Assembly (NCBI RefSeq): GCF_001997385.1
Contig: NZ_CP019633.1
Span: 2,640,001-2,672,000, forward strand
Direction of reading: 5' to 3'
Length of the DNA stretch: 32,000 nucleotides
Source of the DNA: Sedimentisphaera cyanobacteriorum
GTDB taxonomy: Bacteria > Planctomycetota > Phycisphaerae > Sedimentisphaerales > Sedimentisphaeraceae
Shown: positions 1 through 8,556 of the stretch, piece by piece
How the letters are laid out: every line of letters starts with the position of its first letter
How positions within the stretch are numbered: the stretch's first letter is position 1
Position numbers and translations under genes: made by a program
The notes under the pieces: model-generated
What the model was told of the DNA's origin: nothing
Databases searched by the model: none
The model's input: the letters and a program-made list of their open reading frames with translations, nothing else

Positions 1-1545
1 AACGCCAAGAGGGATGTTGTGGCAAAAGGTCTGCCGGCATCTCCGGGCGCGGCTGTTGGGCAGGTTGTCTTCGATGCTGAAGCAGCTGAGAAATGGGAAG
101 CACAGGGCAAAAAGACAGTGCTTGTGCGTACGGAAACAAGCCCTGAAGATATCGGCGGAATGGCAGCCGCAGAGGGCATCCTCACCGTCCGCGGCGGTAT
201 GACATCACACGCTGCTGTTGTGGCAAGAGGTATGGGCAAGTGCTGCGTTGCAGGCTGCAGTGATATCTCAATAAACGAAAAGAGCAAGAAGTTCAGCGTT
301 GCCGGCAAAACATTCAAAGAAGGCGATTGGGTCAGTCTTGACGGGTCTAGCGGTCAGCTTATGGCTGGTGCCGTGCCAACTGTAGAGCCGAAGATGAGCG
401 GCGATTTCAAGAAGTTTATGTCTATCTGCGATAAGGTTCGCAAGATTAAAGTTCGCACAAACGCAGATACCCCGGAAGATGCTGAAAAGGCAATAGGATT
501 CGGTGCTGAAGGTATAGGTCTCTGCCGTACTGAGCATATGTTCTTCGAAGGCAAAAGAGTTTGGTATGTTCGTCAGGCTATTCTCGAGGCAGACAACTAT
601 GCCGAGATGAAAAAAGAGCTGGCAGAAGCCGACACAAAAACCGACCAGCAGAAGATTAAGTCTAAGTATTCTGAGACCAAGAAGAATTTCGAAAGCGCTC
701 TCAGAAGGCTTGCTTCATATCAGAAGAAGGATTTCGAAGGTATATTCAAGGCGATGGCAGGAAAACCGGTTACGGTTAGACTGCTCGACCCGCCTCTGCA
801 CGAATTCCTGCCTCACGATAAGGCAACTCAGTCTGAGATGGCCAAACGCTTGGGCGTTTCGCTGAAGAAGGTAAAAGAGCAGGTTGAAAAGCTCAACGAA
901 TTCAATCCGATGCTCGGACACCGCGGCTGCAGGCTCGCTGTTACATACCCTGAATTCTACAGGATGCAGGCTAAGGCTATCATCGAGGCCGCTATTGCAG
1001 CAAGCACGCCTAAGAAGAAGGTTGTTCCGGAGATTATGATTCCGCTTGTAGGCCATGTGGAAGAGCTCAAGATCGTCAAGGAAGAGATCGTTGACGAGAT
1101 CAAGCAGGTTCTCAAAAGCAATAACACAAGGCTTACCTACAAGATTGGAACTATGATCGAAGTTCCAAGAGCTGCTCTCACTGCTGATGAGATTGCAGCC
1201 GAGGCAGACTTCTTCAGCTTCGGTACAAACGACCTCACCCAGATGGCTCTGGGCTTCAGCCGTGATGATGTTGCCAAGTTTACTGCCAAGTATATTGAAT
1301 ACGGCATATACAAGGACGACCCGTTCCAGGTGCTCGACCAGACCGGTGTGGGCAAATTGATTGAAACTGGCGTCAAACTTGGACGTGAGCAGAAGAAAAC
1401 CCTCAAGGTTGGTATCTGCGGCGAACACGGCGGCGAACCCAACACTATCGATTTCTGCGCTGATCAGGGAATGAACTACGTTTCATGCTCTCCATACCGT
1501 GTGCCTATTGCAAGGCTCTCGGCCGCTCAGGCAGCGTCTAAGTAG
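1..1545 (+). CDS. ppdK: Pyruvate, phosphate dikinase, C-terminal ~510 aa (5' end lies upstream of the window)
   Basis: Frame 1 is open from base 1 (NAKRDVVAKGLPASPGAAVG...), so the ATG listed at 19 is internal. Carries the phosphohistidine swivel motif GGMTSHAAVVARGMGKCCV and PEP/pyruvate-domain motifs GLCRTEHMF, FFSFGTNDLTQ, GICGEHGGEP and YVSCSPYRVPIARLSAAQA. Stop TAG at 1543-1545. Confidence 0.95.
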   Translation, partial: NAKRDVVAKGLPASPGAAVGQVVFDAEAAEKWEAQGKKTVLVRTETSPEDIGGMAAAEGILTVRGGMTSHAAVVARGMGKCCVAGCSDISINEKSKKFSVAGKTFKEGDWVSLDGSSGQLMAGAVPTVEPKMSGDFKKFMSICDKVRKIKVRTNADTPEDAEKAIGFGAEGIGLCRTEHMFFEGKRVWYVRQAILEADNYAEMKKELAEADTKTDQQKIKSKYSETKKNFESALRRLASYQKKDFEGIFKAMAGKPVTVRLLDPPLHEFLPHDKATQSEMAKRLGVSLKKVKEQVEKLNEFNPMLGHRGCRLAVTYPEFYRMQAKAIIEAAIAASTPKKKVVPEIMIPLVGHVEELKIVKEEIVDEIKQVLKSNNTRLTYKIGTMIEVPRAALTADEIAAEADFFSFGTNDLTQMALGFSRDDVAKFTAKYIEYGIYKDDPFQVLDQTGVGKLIETGVKLGREQKKTLKVGICGEHGGEPNTIDFCADQGMNYVSCSPYRVPIARLSAAQAASK

Positions 1546-1567
1546 TTTTCGATTACAGAACATTTAC

Positions 1568-1600
1568 AGCAGAGCTCAGGTTTCTGGGCTCTGCTTTTCT
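1568..1600 (+). terminator. Rho-independent terminator candidate for ppdK
   Basis: 8-bp stem AGCAGAGC (1568-1575) / GCTCTGCT (1588-1595) with a 12-nt loop, followed directly by TTTTCT. Begins 23 nt after the ppdK stop. Confidence 0.6.
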
Positions 1601-1694
1601 ATGCGCTGCACGAAGAGCCAGAATTATCATCACCCTCCCGCTCGTTACCCGCCGGAGGCGAGCAGAAACAAGCGGATAGAATTTCTATTTCGGC

Positions 1695-1747
1695 AAAAGC
1701 TATTATTCAAACAGCAGAGACAAACATATAAGTTCACCTCTGCTGTT
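1695..1747 (-). terminator. Terminator-like hairpin downstream of the minus-strand phosphomannomutase gene
   Basis: Stem ACAGCAGAG (1711-1719) / CTCTGCTGT (1738-1746) with an 18-nt loop. On the minus strand it is followed by TTGAATAATAGCTTTTG. The large loop and interrupted T-tract keep confidence modest. Confidence 0.35.
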
Positions 1748-1774
1748 AAGGGTTCGATGGTCGGGGTTATTGGA

Positions 1775-3157
1775 TTAATGGCCGGATGGTTCACCCAGAA
1801 TGGCTTTCAGAACGGAGAGCTTTTCATTTAGAACATCTTCGCTTTTTGCTTCCATATTGAGCCTGAGGAATGGCTCTGTATTACTCGGCCTAACGTTCAC
1901 CCACCAGCCTTTGAACTGAATTGTTATGCCGTCCAGATCGTCTATCTTCCCGTCAGCGAATTTATGCTTGAGCTCTTTAATCATCGCCTCTTTGTCTTCC
2001 ACTTCGAAATTCAGCTCGCCGGAGGCGTAGTATCTTCTCAGAGGGGCGATCAATTCTGATACCGTTTTCTCAGTTCTGCTGAGGATATTGAGCATATGAA
2101 CGAATGTAATCATACCCGAATCGGTGTTGAAGCTGTCGCGGTAGTAGAAGTGTCCCGAGAGCTCACCGCCGAATACCGCATGGCTGTCTCTGAGCGTCTT
2201 TTTCATAAATGAATGGCCAACACGCTCGCGTCTGGGCGTTCCGCCGGACTTGATAATTTCTTCCTGTACTACCCAGCTGCTGCGGAGGTCGTAAACTACT
2301 GTCCTGCTGCCGTTTTCCTGTTCGAGGAAATAGGGGACCATTAGTGCGGTGAGTATATCGCAGCCTATGCTTCTGCCGGTCTCGTCTATCATCAGCAGAC
2401 GGTCTGCGTCGCCGTCGAAACATACGCCCACATCCGCTTTTTCAGCTTTGATAAGCTCCTTGAGCTCTGCGAGATTCTCTTCTACAAGCGGATTTGGTTC
2501 GTGTTTGAATGTGCCGTCCGTGGTTTCGTTCAGGATTTTAAGCTCTATCGGCAAATCCCCGAAGATCAGCGGCACCATCTTCCCTGCCATACCGTTGGAG
2601 GCATCCACTGCCACCTTCAGCGGCTTGATCTTGCTGTCGAGGAATTTGAGTATGTGTTTTTTGTATTCTTCTGTAAGGTCAACCTCGGTAACTGTTCCCG
2701 TAGGATTGCCTTTTGTATGCAGAAGCGAAGTGGCTATGTGTTTGATGTCTGCAAGGCCGGTAGCCTGTCCTACTGGTTTTGCCTCAAGCCCGCTGATTTT
2801 GAATCCGTTGTAGGCAGCGGGGTTGTGGCTCGCTGTTACCTGAACACCTCCGCAAGTCCCGAAGTGGTTGATAGCGAAGTACATCTGCGGCGTGTCGATA
2901 ACGCCGATATCAATAACGTTAGTGCCTGCGCATCTCATTCCTTCTATCAGGGCTTTCGAGAGCGAGGGGCTGTGCTTGCGCATATCCCTGCCCACACAAA
3001 CCGCCTGAGCGTTTTCCTGCCCGCGGTCGTAGCCGCGAAGGTGCGAACGGAGGAACTGAGCAGAAGCATAGCCTATTTTCCAAGCCGCTTCTTCATCGAA
3101 CTGCTCTTTGTAAATTCCGCGAATATCGTATGCCTTGAATATCTTTTCGTCTATCAT
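1775..3157 (-). CDS. Phosphomannomutase/phosphoglucomutase (alpha-D-phosphohexomutase family)
   Basis: Phosphoserine loop TASHNPAAYNGFK, Mg-binding FDGDADRL and sugar-binding GGELSGH. I place the start at the ATG at 3157 (MIDEKIFKAYDIRG, a typical family N-terminus), which has GGGAGA 7 nt upstream. The upstream ATG of the track ORF (3241) has no such support. Confidence 0.9.
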   Translation of the reverse strand: MIDEKIFKAYDIRGIYKEQFDEEAAWKIGYASAQFLRSHLRGYDRGQENAQAVCVGRDMRKHSPSLSKALIEGMRCAGTNVIDIGVIDTPQMYFAINHFGTCGGVQVTASHNPAAYNGFKISGLEAKPVGQATGLADIKHIATSLLHTKGNPTGTVTEVDLTEEYKKHILKFLDSKIKPLKVAVDASNGMAGKMVPLIFGDLPIELKILNETTDGTFKHEPNPLVEENLAELKELIKAEKADVGVCFDGDADRLLMIDETGRSIGCDILTALMVPYFLEQENGSRTVVYDLRSSWVVQEEIIKSGGTPRRERVGHSFMKKTLRDSHAVFGGELSGHFYYRDSFNTDSGMITFVHMLNILSRTEKTVSELIAPLRRYYASGELNFEVEDKEAMIKELKHKFADGKIDDLDGITIQFKGWWVNVRPSNTEPFLRLNMEAKSEDVLNEKLSVLKAILGEPSGH

Positions 3158-3428
3158 AGAGAATTCTCCCGTTTCAGTTTGAAATCGATTTTGGCGTATT
3201 GTAATTTTTACTCTGCTGATTTCCAGCGAAATAATACTCAAAATATGGCAGGGACTTGAATTTGCCCGATTTTTTTAACTAATGAGGAGGCCAGATAAAA
3301 TACTTCAAATCTGCATTTGAATGAACCAGATAAACCAGAAGTTCGCCCATATAACTATAACTGCCCTATAAAACTGGTGATTTGACTAATATTTATCGTC
3401 TGATACTCTTTTTTGTTTTTAGTTTTTT

Positions 3429-3460
3429 TTGCATAAAATTGTCTCAGCCGCTATTATAAT
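3429..3460 (+). promoter_or_regulatory. Sigma70-like promoter candidate for the secreted glycanase gene
   Basis: TTGCAT (3429-3434), 17-nt spacer, then TATTAT (3452-3457) overlapping TATAAT (3455-3460). Lies in an AT-rich divergent intergenic region about 40 nt upstream of the start codon. Consensus use in this taxon is unknown. Confidence 0.3.
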
Positions 3461-3500
3461 ATAAAATGAAGTTACTTATGATTTAAAAAAGAGCGTGATT

Positions 3501-6377
3501 ATGATTAAAGAGTTTTTTTTAGCCTTCTTGCTGTTTTTTTTGGCTTTTTCGCCGAATTCTTTAGCCGGCAACAATTCAAAGAAAGGTGTAGGATTGACAA
3601 ATTCCTCCGGTGAATATACAAAAAAACATTATATGCTTGGGGTCGACTGGACATGCAATTGGGATATTGCGAAAAATCCCGAACTGCCCCCTTCAATAGA
3701 TTATACGCCTCAACGCTGGGGAAGGTGGTGGCCAGGGTTTGCCAATCTAGATGGTATGGGGGCTACTCACATTCTTGGCCATAACGAACCGGATGGTGAA
3801 AATCAGGCAGATATGACGGTTCAACAGTCTATAAACGACTACATAAACAATATTTTCCCCAATGCACAGCAATATGACCTTTTAGTAGGAACGCCTGCTG
3901 CGACAAACTACAATAATTCTTGGATGCAGGATTTCTATTCTCAAGCTGCCGCACAAGGATTAACCTTTGATTTTACATGTATTCACTGGTACAAAGGTCC
4001 CAATGCTGACAGCCTAATGAATGCAATAAACTACAGCTATTCTAATTACGGTCATAAAAAGGTTTGGATTACAGAATTCAATGTTGCAGACTGGTCTTAT
4101 CCGAATAATTATTCGCAGGAAGAATCTTGTACTTTTATGTGCGAGGCTTTGTGGCGAATGGGACATTCCGATAAAATAGAAAGATATGCAATATTCCCGT
4201 GGAACGGTTCATCCTCAGCCTCAGAGGCTTCCCCTATAATGGTAGATGGCAAATTAAGCCCTTTAGGTAAAATTTATGCAAATTTTACTGATGCAGACCT
4301 TGAAGGACCTTGTCCTGAAGTTTGGTACAATTTCCATAATAAAGCCTTTCATAACAGAATCTCGGTAGAGTCAAATCAGGTAAACACCGCAGGTATCTAT
4401 GATGATTCAGCATCCGTTGACTGGAAGTTTGTTAAGACAGATGTTGACGACCAGTTCTATATTGTAAGCAGAGAGGAAAATCTTAAGCTTCAGGATAGGG
4501 ATGGCGATATAAAGCTTGTTCCATTAAACTATTATGGGGATAAAGTTAGGTGGAAAATTGTGGATATGGATAGAGGCTGGAAGCTCTTGAAAAACGTTAA
4601 TTCGGGCAGCAACCTGAGATATACCCCTGACCAAGGAATGCATATGAGCAGCTATACCGGTTCTTATCTGCACTGGTTCCCGCTTCGTTCTGGTGAACCG
4701 ATTGAGGAAGTTAGCTTTGAGGCCGAGAATCCCAGCTCCAAAGATTCTAATACAAATTTTGATTTTGTTTCAGATTCAAATGCGTCCGGCGGGGCATATA
4801 TGGCTTATAACGGTTCATCAAAGCTCGCCAAGGAAGACCTTACATCGCCCGATGCAGAGCTTTGCTTTGCGTTTAATATAGATACCAAGGCTGATGTGGT
4901 TTTCAAGGTTGATGCAGATATGCCGGCCGGTGAAAGCGATTCGTTTTTTTACAGAATAGACAGTGGGCCTTGGGTTTCGCAGTACGGAAGAACAACCTCC
5001 GGTTTTGAGGCGTTTGATATTATTAAATTTCCCGGCCTTGAAATTGGAGACCATAAGCTTTTTATAGCTCCCAAAGAGCCCGGGGCAAAGATTGACAGGA
5101 TTATATTAGGTACAACTCAGGGGAGAATCTGGAAAGGTACTAAAGCCCAAAGAACTGTTGTTTTTGAAGTTGAAAAAGGGGCAGTTCAAAGTTCATTTGA
5201 TGTTTTTGAGGTTTACAATGATGCGCAGGCTTCAAATGGCAGCTATATTATGAAACAGGGAACAGGTTCTTACAGCCCTGTCCCGTCACAGCAAACTTCC
5301 GCTAAGTTTGTTTTCAGCTTTAACCTCAGCAATGCCTCTGATGTATCCCTTGAAGCGAGGGTGAATTTCCCTGGAGACTCCGATGATTCTTTCTATTACA
5401 ATATAGATGGCGGGCCATGGCTTGACCAAAATAACAACAATTATCACGAATGGATGAATTTGAAAGTTCATACGTTTGCCGATTTATCTGCTGGAACTCA
5501 CGAACTTGGTTTTTATCCCCGAGAAGATGGGGCAGCTATAGACAGGATTATGCTCACTGCATCAGAAGGAGAAATCAGTTCTGTTATGCCAGGGCGTGGG
5601 TTAGGTAAAAACGGCTTTATTGGGTTTTCTGATTATGCAACTTTCAGCTCTAATTGGTTCGACAGCGGGTGTGCAGTTTTTGATTGGTGCAGCGGGTGCG
5701 ATTTTGATATGAATGGCGATGTGCAGTTTTCAGACTTATCCGTTTTTGCTGATTTATGGCTTGAACCTGTTCCGGTTCACAAGCTGACCTTTGATGCCGG
5801 CTTTTACGACAGCGGAAGAAATGATGCTGACATTTTCTCGTTTGGTCAGGTTTCTCAACATTCAGAAGCCAAAGTATGCAGGTCTTTATATTTCTATGGT
5901 AACGGCATTGTGAAACTGAATAACTCCAAAGGAATTCTTGGCACGACACCAAGGACGTGTGCTATGTGGATCAAGCCTTTTGGGAGGGATATGCAGATTT
6001 TGTCTTGGGGCTCTAAGGCACAGGGTGAAAAGTGGGTTGTCAGGGTTAATGATTCGGGCAATCTGACAATTGGTGCTGGCGGCGGATATAAATACGGAAC
6101 TTACAATTTGGTTGACGGCAAGTGGCACCATATTGCAATTGTTCTTCCCAAGCTCGAAAACCCGCAGGTCAGCGATGTTGTGTTTTATGTTGATGGTCAG
6201 AGAGACCAAGAGTCGAGAATATCTGAGGTTTCGATTAACACTTCTGATGGTATAGATGTAACAATTGGGGGGTATCCTGAGTCTCCGTTTTTTTATGAAG
6301 GTTTGATTGATGAACTTAGAATATACGATACTGCTCTTTCTGAGGATTTGATTCAAGCGTTAGCTGAAGATAACTGA
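3501..6377 (+). CDS. Secreted multidomain glycoside hydrolase: signal peptide, GH128-like (Glyco_hydro_cc) core, beta-trefoil lectin-like domain, two CBM-like modules, dockerin-like segment, LamG (Laminin_G_3)
   Basis: ATG at 3501 follows AAGAG, and the track start at 3495 is a GTG two codons upstream. Signal peptide MIKEFFLAFLLFFLAFSPNSLAG. The core has KKGVG..., GHNEPD and KKVWITEFNV spaced as in the glycosyl hydrolase catalytic core family. Three W-containing beta-trefoil-like repeats (VDWKFV, VRWKIV, LHWFPL). Tandem ~135-aa repeats. C-terminal LamG motif GLIDELRIYDTALSEDL. Confidence 0.85.
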   Translation: MIKEFFLAFLLFFLAFSPNSLAGNNSKKGVGLTNSSGEYTKKHYMLGVDWTCNWDIAKNPELPPSIDYTPQRWGRWWPGFANLDGMGATHILGHNEPDGENQADMTVQQSINDYINNIFPNAQQYDLLVGTPAATNYNNSWMQDFYSQAAAQGLTFDFTCIHWYKGPNADSLMNAINYSYSNYGHKKVWITEFNVADWSYPNNYSQEESCTFMCEALWRMGHSDKIERYAIFPWNGSSSASEASPIMVDGKLSPLGKIYANFTDADLEGPCPEVWYNFHNKAFHNRISVESNQVNTAGIYDDSASVDWKFVKTDVDDQFYIVSREENLKLQDRDGDIKLVPLNYYGDKVRWKIVDMDRGWKLLKNVNSGSNLRYTPDQGMHMSSYTGSYLHWFPLRSGEPIEEVSFEAENPSSKDSNTNFDFVSDSNASGGAYMAYNGSSKLAKEDLTSPDAELCFAFNIDTKADVVFKVDADMPAGESDSFFYRIDSGPWVSQYGRTTSGFEAFDIIKFPGLEIGDHKLFIAPKEPGAKIDRIILGTTQGRIWKGTKAQRTVVFEVEKGAVQSSFDVFEVYNDAQASNGSYIMKQGTGSYSPVPSQQTSAKFVFSFNLSNASDVSLEARVNFPGDSDDSFYYNIDGGPWLDQNNNNYHEWMNLKVHTFADLSAGTHELGFYPREDGAAIDRIMLTASEGEISSVMPGRGLGKNGFIGFSDYATFSSNWFDSGCAVFDWCSGCDFDMNGDVQFSDLSVFADLWLEPVPVHKLTFDAGFYDSGRNDADIFSFGQVSQHSEAKVCRSLYFYGNGIVKLNNSKGILGTTPRTCAMWIKPFGRDMQILSWGSKAQGEKWVVRVNDSGNLTIGAGGGYKYGTYNLVDGKWHHIAIVLPKLENPQVSDVVFYVDGQRDQESRISEVSINTSDGIDVTIGGYPESPFFYEGLIDELRIYDTALSEDLIQALAEDN

Positions 6378-6436
6378 GTTTTATTGAAAAGCGTAACCGC
6401 AAATTTAATTTCTTATATCATTCAATATGATATTTT

Positions 6437-6482
6437 ATCCAGTTGTTCGTTATAAAGGGCAGCTGGATATTCTATCTTTTTG
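6437..6482 (+). terminator. Rho-independent terminator candidate for the glycanase gene
   Basis: 9-bp stem ATCCAGTTG (6437-6445) / CAGCTGGAT (6460-6468) with one G-U pair and a 14-nt loop, followed by ATTCTATCTTTTTGG. Confidence 0.5.
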
Positions 6483-6594
6483 GTCATTTCGTATTTGTTA
6501 TAAATCTTCGCCCTTTTAGTGTTTACTGTACAGGTTTAATAAGTTTTTGTAAAATACTGCTATATATATTAGCCTACTTTGGAGATTTTTTGCT

Positions 6595-7512
6595 ATGACC
6601 AACAAAAATAACCGCTCGGGAGTGTTCGAGGCTTCTGTTGCCGGCAGCGAGCATTTTGGTGAAAAGATATGCAGGCTCAAATTTGTCCTCAGCGGTGAGG
6701 GCGCAGATGCATTCAAGCTTGCCTCGCCCGGGGAGTTTGCTCAGTTTCAGGTTGAGGGGCTGGCTCTGCCTTCCAATCTGCCTGAAGGGCTTGAGGACAG
6801 GGCATTCCGCCAGCCGATACTCAGAAGGCCTTTCAGTTTTCTGGATATCTATCCGTACGGTGAGGATATGATTGTAGAAATAATGTGCGATATTATCGGC
6901 ACAGGCACCGCTCGTCTCAGCGGGCTCCGAGCCGGCGATAAGGTGAGCATTCTCGGCCCGCTTGGCAGGGGCTTTGCAAAGCCTGAAAAGGGCAAAAAGG
7001 TTATCGGCATAGCGGGCGGGATAGGCATACCGCCTGTGGAGCATTTTTTGCGTCAGTTGTGCAGGGATAATCCCAAGCAGGAATGCTTTGCCTTTGCAGG
7101 GGCGAGGTCAAGGGCAGATATGCCCATAGCAAGCGTGCAGCAGGGCAAAAATCCTGAAAACCAAGAATACAGTTTCTGCAAGCATTTTGCCGCTGCCACT
7201 GATGACGGGTCTTTCGGCGATAAAGGGCTTGTAACCGAGGTTTTCGAGAGCTGGTTTGCCGGTGCAGGGCTTTCCCCGGCCGATTGCGAGATTGCAGCCT
7301 GCGGACCTGAGCCTATGCTTCGGGCAATAGCTCAAACGGCACATAAGCTCGGGATCAGGGCTCAGGTGAGTCTTGAGAAGATGATGGCCTGCGGGATCGG
7401 AGTATGCCAGAGCTGCATTGTGCCGGTTAAATCACAGCTTGGCAGAGAGCAGAACAAGCTTTGCTGCAAAGACGGGCCTGTCTTTGACAGCCGCGAGGTG
7501 TTTGCAGAATAA
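6595..7512 (+). CDS. pyrK: Dihydroorotate dehydrogenase (class 1B) electron-transfer subunit
   Basis: FAD-binding RRPFSF, dinucleotide-binding IAGGIGIPP and a C-terminal 2Fe-2S cysteine cluster (ACGIGVCQSC...CCKDGPVF). GGAG lies 10 nt upstream. Sits immediately upstream of pyrD. Confidence 0.9.
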   Translation: MTNKNNRSGVFEASVAGSEHFGEKICRLKFVLSGEGADAFKLASPGEFAQFQVEGLALPSNLPEGLEDRAFRQPILRRPFSFLDIYPYGEDMIVEIMCDIIGTGTARLSGLRAGDKVSILGPLGRGFAKPEKGKKVIGIAGGIGIPPVEHFLRQLCRDNPKQECFAFAGARSRADMPIASVQQGKNPENQEYSFCKHFAAATDDGSFGDKGLVTEVFESWFAGAGLSPADCEIAACGPEPMLRAIAQTAHKLGIRAQVSLEKMMACGIGVCQSCIVPVKSQLGREQNKLCCKDGPVFDSREVFAE

Positions 7513-7534
7513 ACAACTTAGAAATGGGTGATAT

Positions 7535-8464
7535 ATGTCGATAGTGAATGAAAAAATTGAATTTGCAGGGCTGAATCTGAAAAATCCGGTGTTTACCGCT
7601 TCAGGAACCTGCGGATATATAGACGAGCTTGATGATTATCTCGATGTCAATCAGCTTGGCGGCTGGATAACAAAAAGCATTACGCTCAAGCCCCGCTTGG
7701 GGAATCCCGCTCCGCGTGTTGTAGAAACTAACGGCGGAATGCTCAATGCGATAGGGCTTGCCAATATCGGGCTGGAGGAATTTATTGCCGAGAAGCTCCC
7801 GATTATAAGGCAGAAGAATACTGCTGTTTTTGTTAATCTCGCCGGCCAGAAAATTGATGAGTATGTGGAGGTGGCATCAAGGCTTTCCGGGCAAGATGGC
7901 ATATCGGGATTTGAGCTCAATATAAGCTGCCCGAATGTAAAACAGGGCGGTATATCCTTCGGCACAGACCCAGCCCAGATAAAAAAGATTACAAGTGAGG
8001 TTAAACCGGCCTGCGGAGGCAAGCCGCTTATGGTAAAGCTAACCCCGTCTGTAACTGATATCAGCAAAACAGCAGAGGCTGCCGTGCTTGGCGGGGCGGA
8101 TGCCTTGAGCCTTGTAAACACGTTCACGGCAATGGTTATTGATGTTCACACCAGAACCCCCGTTCTGGCAAATCGTACCGGCGGGCTTTCCGGACCGGCG
8201 ATAAAGCCTATGGCTGTTTATCTTGTAAGCAGGGTTTATCAGGATGTGGCTAAGGATGCGGGCATTCCGATTATGGGGCTCGGGGGGATAAGAAACGGTT
8301 TGGATGCCGCTGAATTTATGATTGCCGGCGCATCGACGGTGTGCATAGGAACAGCAACTTTCGCAAGACCTGACGCTGCTGTTAAAGTTTCAGATGGATT
8401 AAGGCGGTTTTGCGAATCTGAGGGAATAAAAAAAATAAGCGAGCTTACCGGCTCACTTAATTGA
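7535..8464 (+). CDS. pyrD: Dihydroorotate dehydrogenase (class 1B) catalytic subunit
   Basis: Class-1 active-site loop NISCPNV (Cys base), FMN/substrate motifs TGGLSGPAIKP and GLGGIRNGLDAAEFMIAGAS. Starts 22 nt after pyrK. Confidence 0.93.
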   Translation: MSIVNEKIEFAGLNLKNPVFTASGTCGYIDELDDYLDVNQLGGWITKSITLKPRLGNPAPRVVETNGGMLNAIGLANIGLEEFIAEKLPIIRQKNTAVFVNLAGQKIDEYVEVASRLSGQDGISGFELNISCPNVKQGGISFGTDPAQIKKITSEVKPACGGKPLMVKLTPSVTDISKTAEAAVLGGADALSLVNTFTAMVIDVHTRTPVLANRTGGLSGPAIKPMAVYLVSRVYQDVAKDAGIPIMGLGGIRNGLDAAEFMIAGASTVCIGTATFARPDAAVKVSDGLRRFCESEGIKKISELTGSLN

Positions 8465-8518
8465 TATCTGATAACGAGATTTCGCTTCGTTAGATTTTTA
8501 AATTTCTTTAAAAAGAGC

Positions 8519-8556
8519 GAGCGGCGCCAGGAGGGAAGCGCCGCTCTGTGTGTTGT
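8519..8556 (+). terminator. Terminator candidate for pyrK-pyrD
   Basis: GC-rich 9-bp stem (8519-8527 GAGCGGCGC / 8538-8546 GCGCCGCTC) with a 10-nt loop, followed by a T/G-rich tail TGTGTGTTGT. Confidence 0.5.

Noticed and set aside
715-1428. A 237-aa minus-strand ORF and a 102-aa ORF (1137-1445), both antisense to ppdK.
   Set aside because: They lie entirely inside a CDS with unambiguous PPDK motifs on the other strand. Their composition is low-complexity and they have no recognisable motifs or RBS.
1499-1831. A 110-aa plus-strand ORF spanning the ppdK/phosphomannomutase intergenic region.
   Set aside because: It overlaps the 3' ends of two well-supported genes and both terminator hairpins, and its sequence is not protein-like.
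2349-3259. Plus-strand ORFs of 154 aa (2349-2813) and 252 aa (2501-3259), antisense to the phosphomannomutase gene.
   Set aside because: The opposite strand carries the complete phosphohexomutase motif set, so these are shadow ORFs.
5886-6356. A 156-aa minus-strand ORF, and several ORFs of 60-100 aa, inside the 3501-6377 glycanase gene.
   Set aside because: They are antisense to a region with a clear LamG domain and have no signals of their own.
6574-8127. Minus-strand ORFs of 156 aa (6574-7044) and 158 aa (7651-8127), antisense to pyrK and pyrD.
   Set aside because: They are shadow ORFs opposite strongly supported pyrK and pyrD coding sequence.
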